Part shown: positions 1-14,557 of the stretch, one piece after another | How the letters are laid out: every line of letters starts with the position of its first letter | How positions within the stretch are numbered: the stretch's first letter is position 1 | Source: Nitrospirota bacterium | Lineage (GTDB): Bacteria > Nitrospirota > UBA9217 | DNA length: 64,000 bases | Direction of reading: 5' to 3' | NCBI GenBank assembly: GCA_963818475.1 | Contig: CAWFSF010000002.1 | Span: 224,001-288,000 of the forward strand | Notes under the pieces: model-generated | Seen by the model: only the letters and a program-made list of their open reading frames with translations | The model's database searches: none | What the model was told of the DNA's origin: nothing | Position numbers and translations under genes: made by a program

Positions 1-790
<790 letters not shown>

Positions 791-804
791 TTATGACCCC
801 CTGT

Positions 805-912
805 AGCAATTTTCTTCGAAAATTGAATTGTCAATTTAGATTGAAGATTGAAAGTTTAGAATGCGGGACAATTTGCAATCTCAAATTTCCAATCTTCAAT
901 TTCCAATAAATA
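805..912. repeat. Inverted 7-nt periodic repeat between atpG and atpD
   Basis: Minus strand attggaa-attgaag-attggaa-atttgag-attgcaa ... tttcaat-cttcaat. Confidence 0.6.
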
Positions 913-913
913 T

Positions 914-1781
914 TTATTTCTGTGCTTCCGCTCCGCCGACGATCTCGGAGATCTCCTTGGTGATCGCTGCCTGGCGCTGCTTGTTGAACTTGAGCGTCAG
1001 CCGTTCGATCATATCCTTGGCATTTCTCGTGGCCGAATCCATGGCGGTCATCCGCGAGCCCATTTCGCTCGCCTGGCTTTCCAGCATCGAGCGGTAGACC
1101 TGCACTTCAATGTGCTTCGGCAGGATCGAGCTCAGGATCGCTTCTGCCGACGGCTCGTACAGATAATCGACGGCAGCCATGAACGGGTCCGCCTCGGTGG
1201 GCGGTTCAACCGGCAGGAGCTTCTCGAGCGTTACCGTCTGCTGCATGACGCTCTTAAACTCATTGTACAGAAGATAGACCTCGTCGGCGTCGCCCTGCGA
1301 CAAAACGCTCGACGATGTTTTTTCCCACATCTGCGGCCTTCTCATAGTCGATCATGCCGAGTTCCGACCAGACCTTGCCCAGCGTGTATCCGGCCCGCTT
1401 GCGGAAAAAGTCGCGTCCTTTGCGGCCCACGACATTCACCTTCACGTCCTTGCCCTCGGCCTTGAACTGCTTGACGGCTTCGACGGCTTTGCGCAGGATA
1501 TTGGTATTGTATGCTCCGCAGAGCCCCCGGTCGGAGGTGAGGACAAGAAGCTTGACCTGCTTCGGCTCGCGCTTGGCCAGGAGCGGATGCTGCGCCCGCT
1601 CCACGCGGCTCGCGAGGTTCGCGATCACCGAGAGCATCTTGCGCGAGTACGGACGCGCGGCGATCACCCGGTCCTGGGCGCGGCGGAGCTTGGCCGCCGC
1701 CACCATCTTCATGGCCTTGGTGATCTGCTGGGTCTTCTTGACGCTCGTTATTTTTCTTTTAATGTCTCTTAAGCTGGGCAT
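914..1781 (-). CDS. atpG: F1 ATP synthase gamma subunit (frameshifted near 1290-1340)
   Basis: [32 protein letters not shown] and C-terminal [12 protein letters not shown]...[18 protein letters not shown]. Confidence 0.97.
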
Positions 1782-1794
1782 GGTGTCCCTTTAT

Positions 1795-1930
1795 GGAAAT
1801 GAAATCTCAAATCACAATATCCAAATCCCAAATAAATTCCAAAATTCAATGATCGAAATTCAAAACGTTTGGTTGCTTTGAATTTGGAGCTTCGATATTA
1901 TTTGATATTTGGTGCTGCTCTTTGGTATTT
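1795..1930. repeat. AT-rich inverted periodic repeat between atpA and atpG
   Basis: aaatctcaaatcacaatatccaaatcccaaataaattccaaa ... tttgaatttggagcttcgatattatttgatatttggtg. Confidence 0.6.
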
Positions 1931-1936
1931 TCGCCC

Positions 1937-4013
<2,077 letters not shown>

Positions 4014-4017
<4 letters not shown>

Positions 4018-4593
4018 CCCCGGCCTCCCACGTTCGATGATGTATTCCTTCACAATGCGCTCATGGTCCGTGCCGCCGATCTTCTCTTTGATCATGCCTT
4101 CCGCAAGGTCGAGGGACAGGAGCGATGCCTCGGTGGCAAGCGTGGTCTTGGCCTTCTGCAGTTCGATATCGATGCCCTGCTTCACCTGGGCCTGAACATC
4201 CTGGGCGACCTTCCTGCCCTCCTCGATCAGCGACTGCTTGTCCTTTTCGCTCCGGGCCTGGGCATCGGCGACCATCCGCGCTGTTTCTGCTTCGAGGTCC
4301 TTGATCTTCCGTTCCATTTCCGCAAGAGCGGCCACGGCGCGCTCGCGGGCCTCTTTCGACTCCTGCAGCGCTTTCGCGATCTCGGCGGACCGGTTCTTGA
4401 AGAAGTCCTGGGCGGGCTTCCTCATGAAATAGACGACCACGCCTGCGATGATCGCAAAATTGACCAGCCGCGGCAGCCAGTCTCCCATGAACGTTATCGC
4501 TTCGTGAGCGCCTTCTTCGGCCTCGGATGCAAGCGCCACCGAGACGAACACCATCGTGAAAAGCGCTGAGAACAGCGGCATGATTTTTTTCAT
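4014..4593 (-). CDS. atpF: ATP synthase F0 subunit b (frameshift near 4035)
   Basis: RLVNFAIIAGVVVYFMRKP transmembrane segment followed by coiled coil; TGA overlapping atpH TTG in shifted frame. Confidence 0.9.
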
Positions 4594-4610
4594 TGTTCGA
4601 TTCCCCACCG

Positions 4611-5036
4611 TTATACCGCCCTTCCGAGCAGCTTGGAGGTAATGTCCAGCGAGAGCCGCTCTGCCTCTTTTTTGAGGTCCGCCCGCGCTGCCGTGGATGC
4701 GGCCGCTATCTCCGCACGGGCCTTGTCCAGCATTTCGCCTGCCTTCGTACGCTCTGCCGCGATCATTTCGCGCTGGGCGTCAAGGCCCTGCTGATAATTG
4801 GTATTGTAGGCTGCTGCGGATTTCTGCTTGGCTTCGGCCAGGGAGGCGTTATACTGTTCCAGAAGGCTCTGCGTGCGGTCCTGTGCGGACTTTGCATCGC
4901 CGAAGGCGGAGCTGATGCCCTGTTCCCGCTCGAGCATGACCTGCCGTATCGGCTTGAACAGGATGAAATGAAGCACGACGAGCAGAACGATGAAGTTGAT
5001 GAGCTGGTAGAGCAGGGAGATATTTATGTCTATCAT
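4611..5036 (-). CDS. ATP synthase F0 subunit b'
   Basis: MIDINISLLYQLINFIVLLVVLHFILFKPI...ERE, typical b/b' N-terminus; first gene of operon. Confidence 0.9.
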   Translation of the reverse strand: MIDINISLLYQLINFIVLLVVLHFILFKPIRQVMLEREQGISSAFGDAKSAQDRTQSLLEQYNASLAEAKQKSAAAYNTNYQQGLDAQREMIAAERTKAGEMLDKARAEIAAASTAARADLKKEAERLSLDITSKLLGRAV

Positions 5037-5235
5037 AAGCGAAGCGCCTCTCAGAACAGAGAAACATCTGTTGGTTGTTTTAAGTGCAAAAAAAATTAAC
5101 ACATCGAAAAATTAATGTCAAGATTTTTACCTATAAATAATATAAATGGCCGGACCGTTTTTGATTATAGAAAATGCTGGAGGGTGCAGAACGGCTGCTT
5201 TGACCTACTACCCTTCTGTAATTACTACAAAGCCC

Positions 5236-5273
5236 TTTACTCGACGGGAACGAGGTGGTAGAATGATGTTCCC
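5236..5273 (+). promoter_or_regulatory. Sigma70-like promoter of uvrA overlapped by an inverted repeat
   Basis: TTTACT(5236)-17 nt-TAGAAT(5259) with TGn extension; GGGAAC(5246)...GTTCCC(5268). Confidence 0.45.
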
Positions 5274-5281
5274 TTACTGCC

Positions 5282-8075
5282 ATGAATAAGATCATCATAA
5301 AAGGCTGCCGCCAGCACAACCTGAAGAACATCGACGTCGAGATCCCGCGCGACAAGCTCGTGGTCATTACCGGGCTTTCGGGTTCCGGAAAATCGTCCCT
5401 TGCCTTCGACACGATCTATGCCGAGGGGCAGCGCAGGTACGTCGAGAGCCTTTCCGCCTACGCCCGCCAGTTCCTGGGCCAGATGGACAAGCCCGATGTG
5501 GACTCCATCGACGGGCTGTCGCCGGCCATCGCCATCGAACAGAAGACCACGAGCAAGAACCCCCGCTCCACCGTCGGCACCGTCACCGAGGTGTACGACT
5601 ACCTCCGCCTGCTCTACGCCCGCATCGGCAAACCCTATTGCTACAAATGCGGCCGCGAGATCGCCGCCCAGACCGTGCAGCAGATCACCGACGCGGTCAT
5701 GGCCCTGCCCGCGGACACGCGCATCCAGGTGCTGGCGCCGATCGTGCGCGGCAGGAAGGGCGAGTACAAGAAGGAGCTCATGGCAGCCGGCTGCCTCGGG
5801 CTTTGTCCGCGCCCGCGTGGACGGCGTGATCAAGGACCTGTCCGAGCCGGTCCCGATGGACAAGAAGAAGAAGCACGACATCGAGATCGTCATCGACCGG
5901 CTGGTGGTGAAACCCGGCACGGAACGCAGGCTCGCCGAATCCGTGGAAACTGCCCTGCGCCAGGCCGACGGCATCGTGCTCATCAACCTCGTGGACCAGA
6001 AGAAGGACCTGCTCTACAGCGAAAAGCTCGCCTGCATCGTCGACAACATCAGCTATCCCGAGATCGCGCCCAACACCTTCTCGTTCAACAGCCCCCAGGG
6101 CGCCTGCCCCACCTGCGACGGCCTGGGCGGGCTGCTCGAGTTCGACCCGGACCTTATCATCCCGAACAAGAACCTCACCCTCCGGGAAGGCGCCATCAAG
6201 CCCTGGGCAAAACGCGACATCCTTCCACCACTTCAAGATGCTCGAAACGCTCGCAGCAGCGTGCGGCTTTGACGTCAACACGCCCGGTCAAGGACCTGAA
6301 GCAGGCCCAGCAGAAACTGCTGCTCTACGGCGCGGCCGAATCCGCGAAACCGGCAGGCCGCGGCGAGGCCTGCAGCTCCTTCGAAGGCGTCCTCGATATC
6401 CTCAAAAAACGCTACGACGAGACCGACTCCTTCGCTACCCAGTGGGAGCTGGAGCAGTACATGAGCTACCAGACCTGCCCGGACTGCCGCGGCAGCAGGC
6501 TCCGCAAGGAATCGCTGGCCATCAAGGTCGCGGGTTTGAACATCCATGAAGTGACGCACATGAGCATCACGAAAGCGCTGGCGTTCTTCACGGACCTCAC
6601 GCTCTCGGAAAAAGAGACCGCCATTGCGCACCGGATCCTGAAGGAGATCCGCGAACGCCTGGGATTCATGGTCCACGTGGGCCTGGACTACCTCTCGCTC
6701 GACCGGGGCGCGGCGACCCTTTCCGGCGGCGAAGGCCAGCGCATCCGGCTTGCCACCCAGATCGGCTCGTCCCTCGTCGGCGTCCTGTACATCCTGGATG
6801 AACCGAGCATCGGCCTGCATCAGCGCGACAACCGCAGGCTCCTGGATACGCTGTTCCGGCTGCGCGACCTGGGGAACACGGTCCTCGTCGTGGAGCATGA
6901 CGAGGAGACGATCCGCCTGGCGGACCACGTGATCGACATGGGGCCCGGCGCGGGCGTGCACGGCGGCGAGGTGGTTGCCCAGGGAACGCCCAAGGAGATC
7001 GAAAAGAACCCCCGGTCGCTCACCGGCCAGTACCTGGCGGGCAAGCTCTCGATCCCGGTGCCCCGTACGCGGCGGCAGCGGGACAAATACATCACCGTGG
7101 TCGGCGCCAGCGAGAACAATCTGAACAACATCTCCGTGCGGTTTCCCCTGGGCGTGCTGACCTGCGTGACCGGCGCTTCGGGCTCCGGCAAAAGCACGCT
7201 GGTGGTGGACATCCTGTACCGGGCCCTTTCCCAGCGGCTCTACCGGTCAACGGAGCGGGCCGGGGCAGCACAAGGACATCAAAGGCCTGGAGCACATCGA
7301 CAAGGTGATCGACATCGACCAGTCGCCCATCGGCAGGACGCCGCGCTCCAACCCGGCCACCTATACCGGCGTGTTCGGCCCGGTGCGCGATCTCTTCGCC
7401 CAGCTGCCGGAGTCGCGCATGCGCGGGTACAAGCCGGGCCGCTACAGCTTCAATGTGAAAGGCGGCCGGTGCGAGGCCTGCGAGGGCGACGGGCTGATCA
7501 AGATCGAAATGCACTTCCTGCCCGATGTGTACGTGACCTGCGACGTCTGCCACGGCTCCCGGTACAACCGGGAAACGCTCGACGTCCGGTACAAGGGCAA
7601 GAACATCGCCGAGGTGCTCGGCATGACCGTGGAGCAGGCCTACGAGTTCTTCCAGAACGTGCCGCCCGTCCGGTCCAAGCTCCAGACGCTCATGGACGTG
7701 GGGCTGGGCTACATCACCCTGGGCCAGTCGGCAACGACGCTCTCGGGCGGCGAATCGCAGCGCGTAAAGCTGTCCAAGGAGCTGTCGAAGCGCGCCACGG
7801 GCCGTACGCTCTATATTCTCGACGAGCCCACCACGGGCCTGCACTTCGCCGACACGCAGAAACTGCTGGACATGCTCGCCAAACTGATCGACTCCGGCAA
7901 CACCGTGGTCGTGATCGAACATAACCTCGACGTGATCAAGACCGCGGACTGGATCATCGATCTGGGGCCCGAAGGCGGCGACCGGGGCGGCACCATCGTG
8001 GCCGAGGGCACGCCCGAGGATGTGGCCGCCGTGAAGGAATCGTATACCGGGCAGTTCTTGAAAAAGATATTGTGA
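5282..8075 (+). CDS. uvrA: Excinuclease ABC subunit A (several frameshifts near 5790, 6230-6290, 7265)
   Basis: [40 protein letters not shown], second Walker [20 protein letters not shown]. Confidence 0.97.
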
Positions 8076-8291
8076 CAACGTACGCGAAGAAAAACATGCA
8101 GATGCGATGTCGCAGATTTTAAAAACATTTCAGCTGAGTCGTACACTGCCGTATTACAGGCGATCGCTACGCTCGAGACGCTCAGACTGCTGCACATGCA
8201 TCAGTTGCTTTATCCGTGAATCTGCGATCTGTGTGACCCTGGCTTGACAGTTACTCATTATCAACATTACCGATCCAATCCTGGAGGCCTC

Positions 8292-8757
8292 ATGAACCGC
8301 ATACTCGTTTTCCTCATCACCGCAACGCTCCTGCTCGTCCGCCTCGGCCTGCAGCGAAAAAAAGCTGCCTGCAGTCGCGGCGGCCAAGAGCAAGAACATG
8401 CTCACGGTGCTGCGTGAACTGGACGACACCTATCAGAAGAAGGACCTTGCGGGCTTCATGGCGCAGGTCGCTCCCCTCTACCCGGACCGCGAGGCGCTCT
8501 CCTCCTCGCTCACGACGGTGTTCAGCAAGTTCGAGACCGTCTCGCTGAACATCCAGTACACCAAAATGCTGATCATGATCGAAGAAAAAGGGAAGGTGCG
8601 GACAACCTTCAACTGGGACGGCGCCTGGCACAAGGCAGGCGGTGACGTCCAGAAGGACGGGGGCCGGGTCACGCTGGTCTTCGCGCCAGGGGATTTCAAA
8701 CTGCTTGCCATAGAGGGAAAGAACCCCTTTGTGCCGACGGAAAACAAGGTGAAGTAA
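8292..8757 (+). CDS. Putative lipoprotein, NTF2-like (frameshift in signal peptide)
   Basis: GGAGG plus ATG 8292 MNRILVFLITATLLL; lipobox-like ASAC in the frame of ORF 8398-8757. Confidence 0.6.
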
Positions 8758-8759
8758 GC

Positions 8760-8850
8760 ATTGCGGATTTCGGATTGCGGAGTTCGGATTAAAAGCTTAT
8801 CTAAGTCGGTTTTGCTATTCCGTCATTCCGCACTCCGCATTCCGCAATTT
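8760..8850. repeat. Inverted 7-nt periodic repeat upstream of nadB
   Basis: attgcgg-atttcgg-attgcgg-agttcgg ... attccgc-actccgc-attccgc-aat. Confidence 0.75.
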
Positions 8851-8852
8851 CT

Positions 8853-10425
8853 ATGGATTATACCGAAGAACATATCTCAACTGATTTCCTCATCATCGGC
8901 GGGGGCGTTGCCGGACTCCGGGCCGCCATCGAGCTCGCGCGGAACGGCGACGTGCTGGTCGTGACCAAGGACGCGCCGTCGGAAAGCAGCAGCGAGTACG
9001 CCCAGGGCGGCGTGGCCGTTGCGCTCTCGGACGAGGACGAGATCTCGATCCACTTTGACGACACGATCAAGGCAGGCGACGGGCTCTGCCTGCGCAAAGC
9101 CGTGGGCACGCTCGTCGAGGAAGGGCCCACGCGCATCAGGGAGCTCATTCTCTGGGGCGCCGAGTTCGACCGCGAGGGGACCAAACTCGCCTTCACGCAG
9201 GAGGCGGCCCATACGAAGCGCCGGATCCTCCATGCCCAGGGAGATTCCACGGGCAGGGAGATCATGCGCGTCCTGACCGGAAAGGTCCGCGAATCGGGGA
9301 CCGTGTCCAAGGTCGACTTTGCCTTTACCCGGGACCTGATCATCGAGCAGGGCAGGTGCGTCGGCGCAGTGGTCTGCCAGCAGGCGTTAAAGAAAATACT
9401 GATCATTTCCGCACGGGCGGTCCTGCTCGCCACCGGCGGCGCGGGCCAGTTGTACGAGCGCACCACCAATCCTGCGGTGGCCACCGGAGACGGCATGGCC
9501 ATGGCCTGGCGCGCCGGCGCGGCGCTCGTTGATATGGAGTTCGTCCAGTTCCACCCGACGGCCCTCTTCCGCGAAGGTGCGCCCCAGTTCCTGCTCTCCG
9601 AAGCCATGCGCGGCGAAGGCGGCATGCTTAAGAACAGCAGGGGCCAGCGCTTCATGGACGGTTACCACCCGGCACGGGAACTTGCGCCGCGCGATGTGGT
9701 CACCCGCGCCATCCATTCGGAAATGGCGCTGACCGGCGCAGACCACGTCTACCTCGACATGACCCACTTGAACAGCGACTACATCACCCACCGTTTCCCG
9801 AGGATCTATACGACCTGCAAAGAGCTCGGCATCGACATATCCCGCGAGCCGATCCCGGTCTCGCCGGCGGCCCACTATATCATGGGCGGCGTGAGAACGG
9901 ACCTCTGGGGAGCCACGACCGTACCCGGCCTGTTCGCCGCCGGAGAGACGGCCTGCACCGGCGTACACGGCGCGAACCGTCTGGCAAGCAACTCATTGCT
10001 GGAGGGCCTGGTCTACGGCGAGCGTGCCGGACTGGCAGCTGCTCGGTATGTGCGAAAGAGGATCCAGAATGCGAAGCCCCGATTGAACCTGCCGGGCCTT
10101 CATAAACGAGCGGCCTCCCCGCCATCAGGTCCTTCTGTTGCAGAAGTACGCTTGTCTTTGAAGAAGCTCATGTGGTCGAACGTGGGGATCGTGCGGAACA
10201 AAAAAGAACTGGCCGCCGCGCTCAAGCAGCTGAAGGACTGGGGCCGCGCCATGAAGGACCACGGCCCGGACAGGAACGTCTTCGAGCTGAACAATATGAT
10301 AACCACCGCCTCGCTCATCACCCGCTCGGCATTGCTGCGACGAAGGCAGCGTCGGCGCCCACTTTCGGAGCGACTTCCCGGCCAAAGGCAAAAACTGGCG
10401 CAAGCGAATCATCCTGAAAAAATAG
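8853..10425 (+). CDS. nadB: L-aspartate oxidase (frameshift near 10340)
   Basis: GGGVAGL FAD motif, SEYAQGGVA, MEFVQFHPT, AAHYIMGG, GVHGANRLASNSLLE; C-terminal EGSVGAHFRSDFP in shifted frame ending TAG 10423. Confidence 0.93.
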
Positions 10426-10457
10426 CACTCCTGTTTCTTGCCGCTCATACAAACCTT

Positions 10458-11172
10458 ATGATCACCCCAACCCCAAACGACAAGATCAGGGCCTCCCAAC
10501 AGCTCATCATCGTTACCACCGGATCCTGGGCCGGGATCAAGGCCCGGCTTTATTGTTTTGAACGGTCGGGCGCAGCCTGGATTGGACAGATGCCTTTCAA
10601 CGCTGTTGTCGGGAAAGAGGGACTTGCCTGGGACGGAGAATTGGCGGGAATCGCTGGTGAAGGCCCGGAAAAGCGCGAAGGAGACGGCAAGGCGCCGGCT
10701 GGCGTGTTCTCACTGCTTCACGCAATGGGTCATGCCGCAAAACCGCCGGACAACGTCGTCTTCCCCTACGAGCGGATCCAGCCGGATATGCACTGCATTG
10801 ACGATGCCGGATCGCTCTATTACAACAGGATCGTGAGCGAAAGCATGCTAGGACCACGAGCAGAGGAACAATGGAAGTCTTCCGAGCAATTGAGTCGGAT
10901 GAAAGAGGAGTATCGATGGCTCATCGTGGTCGACTATAACAGGCGCGACCCAAAACCGGGCGCAGGAAGCTGCATATTCATTCACGTCTGGAAGTCTCAG
11001 GAGCAGGGCACTGCAGGCTGTACGGCCATGGCGGAAGCAGGACCTGCTGGCCGTCCTGCGATGGCTCAGGAACGAAAAAAAACCGCTCCTCGTGCAGCTG
11101 CCGAGAGCGGAATATGAACATCTCTGGAAAGCCTGGGGCCTTCCGTCGTTGGAACAGCTAGAAACGCCTTAA
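10458..11172 (+). CDS. L,D-transpeptidase (YkuD-like) family protein (frameshift near 11040)
   Basis: KREGDGKAPAGVF, GSCIFIHVW...TAGCTAM catalytic His/Cys motif. Confidence 0.85.
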
Positions 11173-11189
11173 GCCGCTCCTTCACTCTT

Positions 11190-11749
11190 TTACCACCAGC
11201 CCGGAGGAGGCGGGTAAGGGACCGCCACCACCACGGATCATACCAGCCATAGGGATAGGGGTACGGGGAGTAGTAATAGGGATAGGCCGGCATCATGTAG
11301 TAATCGATCTGCTCTTCCCAGAGGTAGATCTGTTTGATCTCGAATACCGGGTAGGTGTACTCCATCTCGTCGATCTTGCCCTGCCGGTTCTCCCTGAAGG
11401 TGCCTGCAAGCGTTATTTCCCTGCCTTTTTTATAGACCAGAGGATCGAGCATGCCGCTCGTCCGCGGGTACAGCGCCAGGAACCGTCCCCCATACTGCTC
11501 CCGGTCCCTCAGATAGCCCAGCTTGCTCACCGGAACAGAGAGCACCTCGATCTGCGAACCGGTGTCCGTGACCCTCGTTTCAACGATCACTCCGCCGAGA
11601 ATGAACAGCTTGCCTTTATTGGCGTCGGGGCTTTCCCTGATCTGCGAAAGCGGGACATTCCGCGCTCCCTCCTGCATCAGCTCCCGGTTCAGGACGGGCG
11701 TACAGGAGAGCATCAGAGAACCGATCACTATGATTACTATCCTCTTCAT
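11190..11749 (-). CDS. Slp family outer membrane lipoprotein (frameshift near 11220)
   Basis: Lipobox MLSC; LGGVIVE, GRFLA, LDPLVYKKGREITLAG, YTYPV; Tyr/Pro-rich tail. Confidence 0.8.
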
Positions 11750-11842
11750 AAACTTATTGTGACACCATCCGCTCATTATGTCAAGATGGTCCGCGCCGCT
11801 GCGACCAGAGATGCTCGTGGGCGCGGCAAAGCGCAGGCGCGC

Positions 11843-13181
11843 TCACTCCTCCTTAACGAACTCGGGATACAGCTTTTTCGCGCAATCCGGGCAGATGCCG
11901 TGGCTGAACTCGGCATCGGTGCGCTGCTGAATGAACACTTCCAAATGGTTCCAGAAGCCCTTGTCGTCGCGGATCTTTTTACATGACGCGCAGATCGGCA
12001 CCAGGCCCTTGAGCGTCTTGATGTTGTTCAGCGCGTCCTCATAGGCAAGAATGAGCTGCGACCGCTCCTGCTCCAGTTCTTTCTGGCTGCTGATGTCGCG
12101 AAAGGCGGTCACGACGGAAACTATTTTCCCGTCTTCCCAAATGGGGCTGGCCACGACCGCGATCGGGAAAACGGTGCCGTCCTTCCGCACGAACACCTCA
12201 TCGACGGACGTGTAGTTCTTCACCGCTCTTGATCACACTATGCATTCCGCAGGCCTCGAGCGGCTGAAGCGTCCCATCCGCCTTGCGGTAATGGACCAGG
12301 TCATGGGCGCCCTTTTCGTTCAGCTCTTCCCTGGTCCAGCCCAGAAGCCGCTCCGCCTCAGGATTCATGAACGTGATCTTTCCTTGCAGGTCGAGCACAT
12401 AGATGCCTTCGGCCAGATGCGAGGTGATATTCCGCAATTTCCTTTCACCGGCCAGGAGCATGTCTTCGAACTGCATCCGCGTCTCGGCCATCGTGTTGAA
12501 AGTCGCGGCCAGCTGCCCCAGCTCGTCATTCGAGCGGACCGGGACCCGGGCATGCATATCTCCGCGCTCCAGCGCCTGCGCCGCAACTGCCAGCAGATGA
12601 AGCGGTTTTGTCACTGATGAGACTAACAGGGCGGCCACAACGCTGCCTCCCAGAAAGAGCGCCGCAATGGCGCCGATGATCATGGCAATGATGTCATTGA
12701 TGTCACGTTCCACCGACGCTTGCGACATCCCCAGATACACGGTCGCTGCTCCGCTCTTCAACAGCGGAATGATGAATTCGTGCACCACTCCGCGCTCGGT
12801 GTTCAGATCCCGGTCAGAATACTGGCCATTGCTGCGCACCTCGCCGGGATATTCCTTTTGCAGGTCAAGGGGAAACCCGTTCTCAAAGGTATGCGCCACG
12901 ACCTCGCCGCGCGCGTTTCGGACGTAGATATACTCAATATCGGGCTCCTCATTCCTGACCTCCCTGAGGATTAGCGCAAGGTCGAGGAACTTCTCGGTCA
13001 GCACGGGATTGACGCTTTCGCGCGCAATGTTCCTGGCGAGGGAGAGTCCACGCTTTTCCAGTGTCACATGCAGTTTGTTATAGAGGACGGTCTTGGTGAG
13101 CACCACCAGCGACAACCCCAGCACGGCCACCATGCCCAGCAAACCCAGAATGAATTTTGTGCGCAACCTGATATTTCGCAT
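11843..13181 (-). CDS. Membrane sensor: TM-periplasmic-TM-HAMP-PAS plus Cys/His-rich C-terminal domain (frameshift near 12215)
   Basis: HAMP DELGQLAATFNTM, PAS MNPEAERLLGW, tail LKGLVPICASCKKIRDDKGFW...FSHGICPDC. Confidence 0.8.
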
Positions 13182-13186
13182 GGGAG

Positions 13187-14131
13187 TTATTTTATGACCT
13201 TCCCCGCTGCAGCCTGTTGATCCAGGAATGACTTCATTTCCCGTATCGAATCATAGGCGTGGTCGTCGATCAGCACGAACTTGTCGATCATCATATTCTT
13301 GAGGATCTCCCTGCCTTTTGGGTCCTTATGCGCGTTCAAGAAAACGTCCCTGAGCCTTTCCTTCAGCTTTGGGTCCATGCCGGGGGTGACGACGACCGGC
13401 GGGATGCCGTAGGGCGGGGACCGTTCAATGATCTTCGTCTTCTCGGTAAATTCCGGGTTCTTGTGATTAGCATATTCCCAGATGAGGCTGTCAACAGCAG
13501 CGCCGTCCACGAGCTTTTCCGCGACCGCCCTGATGGACTTGTCGTGCGAGTTTGTATAGATGACCTGTTTGAAGAAGCTTTTGGGCGACTCGCCCTTTCG
13601 AGCCAGCATGTAGGTGGGCACGAGTGTACCGCTGTTCGACAGGGGGTCGGTGAACGCGAAGCTCTTTCCCCGGAGGCCCTGGAACGTTTTTATAGAGCTG
13701 TCCGCAGCCACGATGATATAGGAGTAATAGACTGTGCCGTTGTAGGCCTGGGGCGCGACCAGCAGTTCCATGCCACGATTCTCGCTGCCGTCCACATAAG
13801 GGCCGCCGCAGACAAAAGCAACATCGACCTTCCCGGATTTTACCAGCGCATTGAGCTCGGCGTAATTTTCACGGTCCACAAAATCCACGCCTCTGCCGAT
13901 ATTTTCTCCAATATAATCAAGGAATTGCCTGTAGTACCCGAAACCCTCCTTGGGCGTGATCATGCCGCCCACAGCGATCCGAATATGGTCGGCATGTTCC
14001 TCCACAGCCTTGGCAGTCATTGTTTCCTTTGTTTCAAGGCTCACTTTACGTGGTTCGTCGGAGCGGCTGCAGCTAAAAAGTCCTGCTGAGAAGGTAAAAA
14101 TAAACATGAGAGAAACCAGGTTACGGATCAT
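13187..14131 (-). CDS. PhnD/phosphonate-type periplasmic substrate-binding lipoprotein
   Basis: Lipobox LFSC; LRGKSFAFTDPLSNSG, SHDKSIRAVAEKLVDGAAVD. Confidence 0.85.
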   Translation of the reverse strand: MIRNLVSLMFIFTFSAGLFSCSRSDEPRKVSLETKETMTAKAVEEHADHIRIAVGGMITPKEGFGYYRQFLDYIGENIGRGVDFVDRENYAELNALVKSGKVDVAFVCGGPYVDGSENRGMELLVAPQAYNGTVYYSYIIVAADSSIKTFQGLRGKSFAFTDPLSNSGTLVPTYMLARKGESPKSFFKQVIYTNSHDKSIRAVAEKLVDGAAVDSLIWEYANHKNPEFTEKTKIIERSPPYGIPPVVVTPGMDPKLKERLRDVFLNAHKDPKGREILKNMMIDKFVLIDDHAYDSIREMKSFLDQQAAAGKVIK

Positions 14132-14242
14132 AAAACACCTCCAGCAGGATATATCCTGCGCGCTGAGCGAGCGAGCTTTCTAATTATAGCAGAGCCGCTG
14201 CTGTATTGATATTCCTTTCGTTTTTTTTCATTTCAATTTTAT

Positions 14243-14271
14243 TTGCACGCTCCTTGCCGGCGTGTTATACT
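14243..14271 (+). promoter_or_regulatory. Sigma70-like promoter of grx-ftr operon
   Basis: TTGCAC-17 nt-TATACT; GGGAGG SD before ATG 14297. Confidence 0.55.
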
Positions 14272-14296
14272 GAGCACTACTACTCGGGAGGCGGAC

Positions 14297-14557
14297 ATGG
14301 GACCAAAGGCATCGATCAGGCTGTACACGCTCAGCACCTGTTCACACTGCATGCGGACCAAGCGGTTCTTCGAGGAGAACGACATCGAGACGAAGATCGT
14401 TGATGTGGACCTCCTGTCGGGCGCTGAACGGGAACGGGTCATGGATGAAGTACGGAAGCTCAATCCCGACTGCACCTTTCCCACCATCTGCATCAACGAG
14501 ACGGTCATCGTGGGCTTTAACGAAGAGAAGCTGAAAAAGGCTTTAAAACTGCCATGA
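14297..14557 (+). CDS. Glutaredoxin-like (NrdH-type) protein
   Basis: YTLSTCSHC active site, TFPT cis-Pro motif, IVGFNE. Confidence 0.85.
   Translation: MGPKASIRLYTLSTCSHCMRTKRFFEENDIETKIVDVDLLSGAERERVMDEVRKLNPDCTFPTICINETVIVGFNEEKLKKALKLP

Noticed and set aside
8853-11117. Apparent NadB-L,D-transpeptidase fusion
   Set aside because: The NadB C-terminal motif GAHFRSDFP and its stop (10423) lie in a shifted frame; these are two separate genes.
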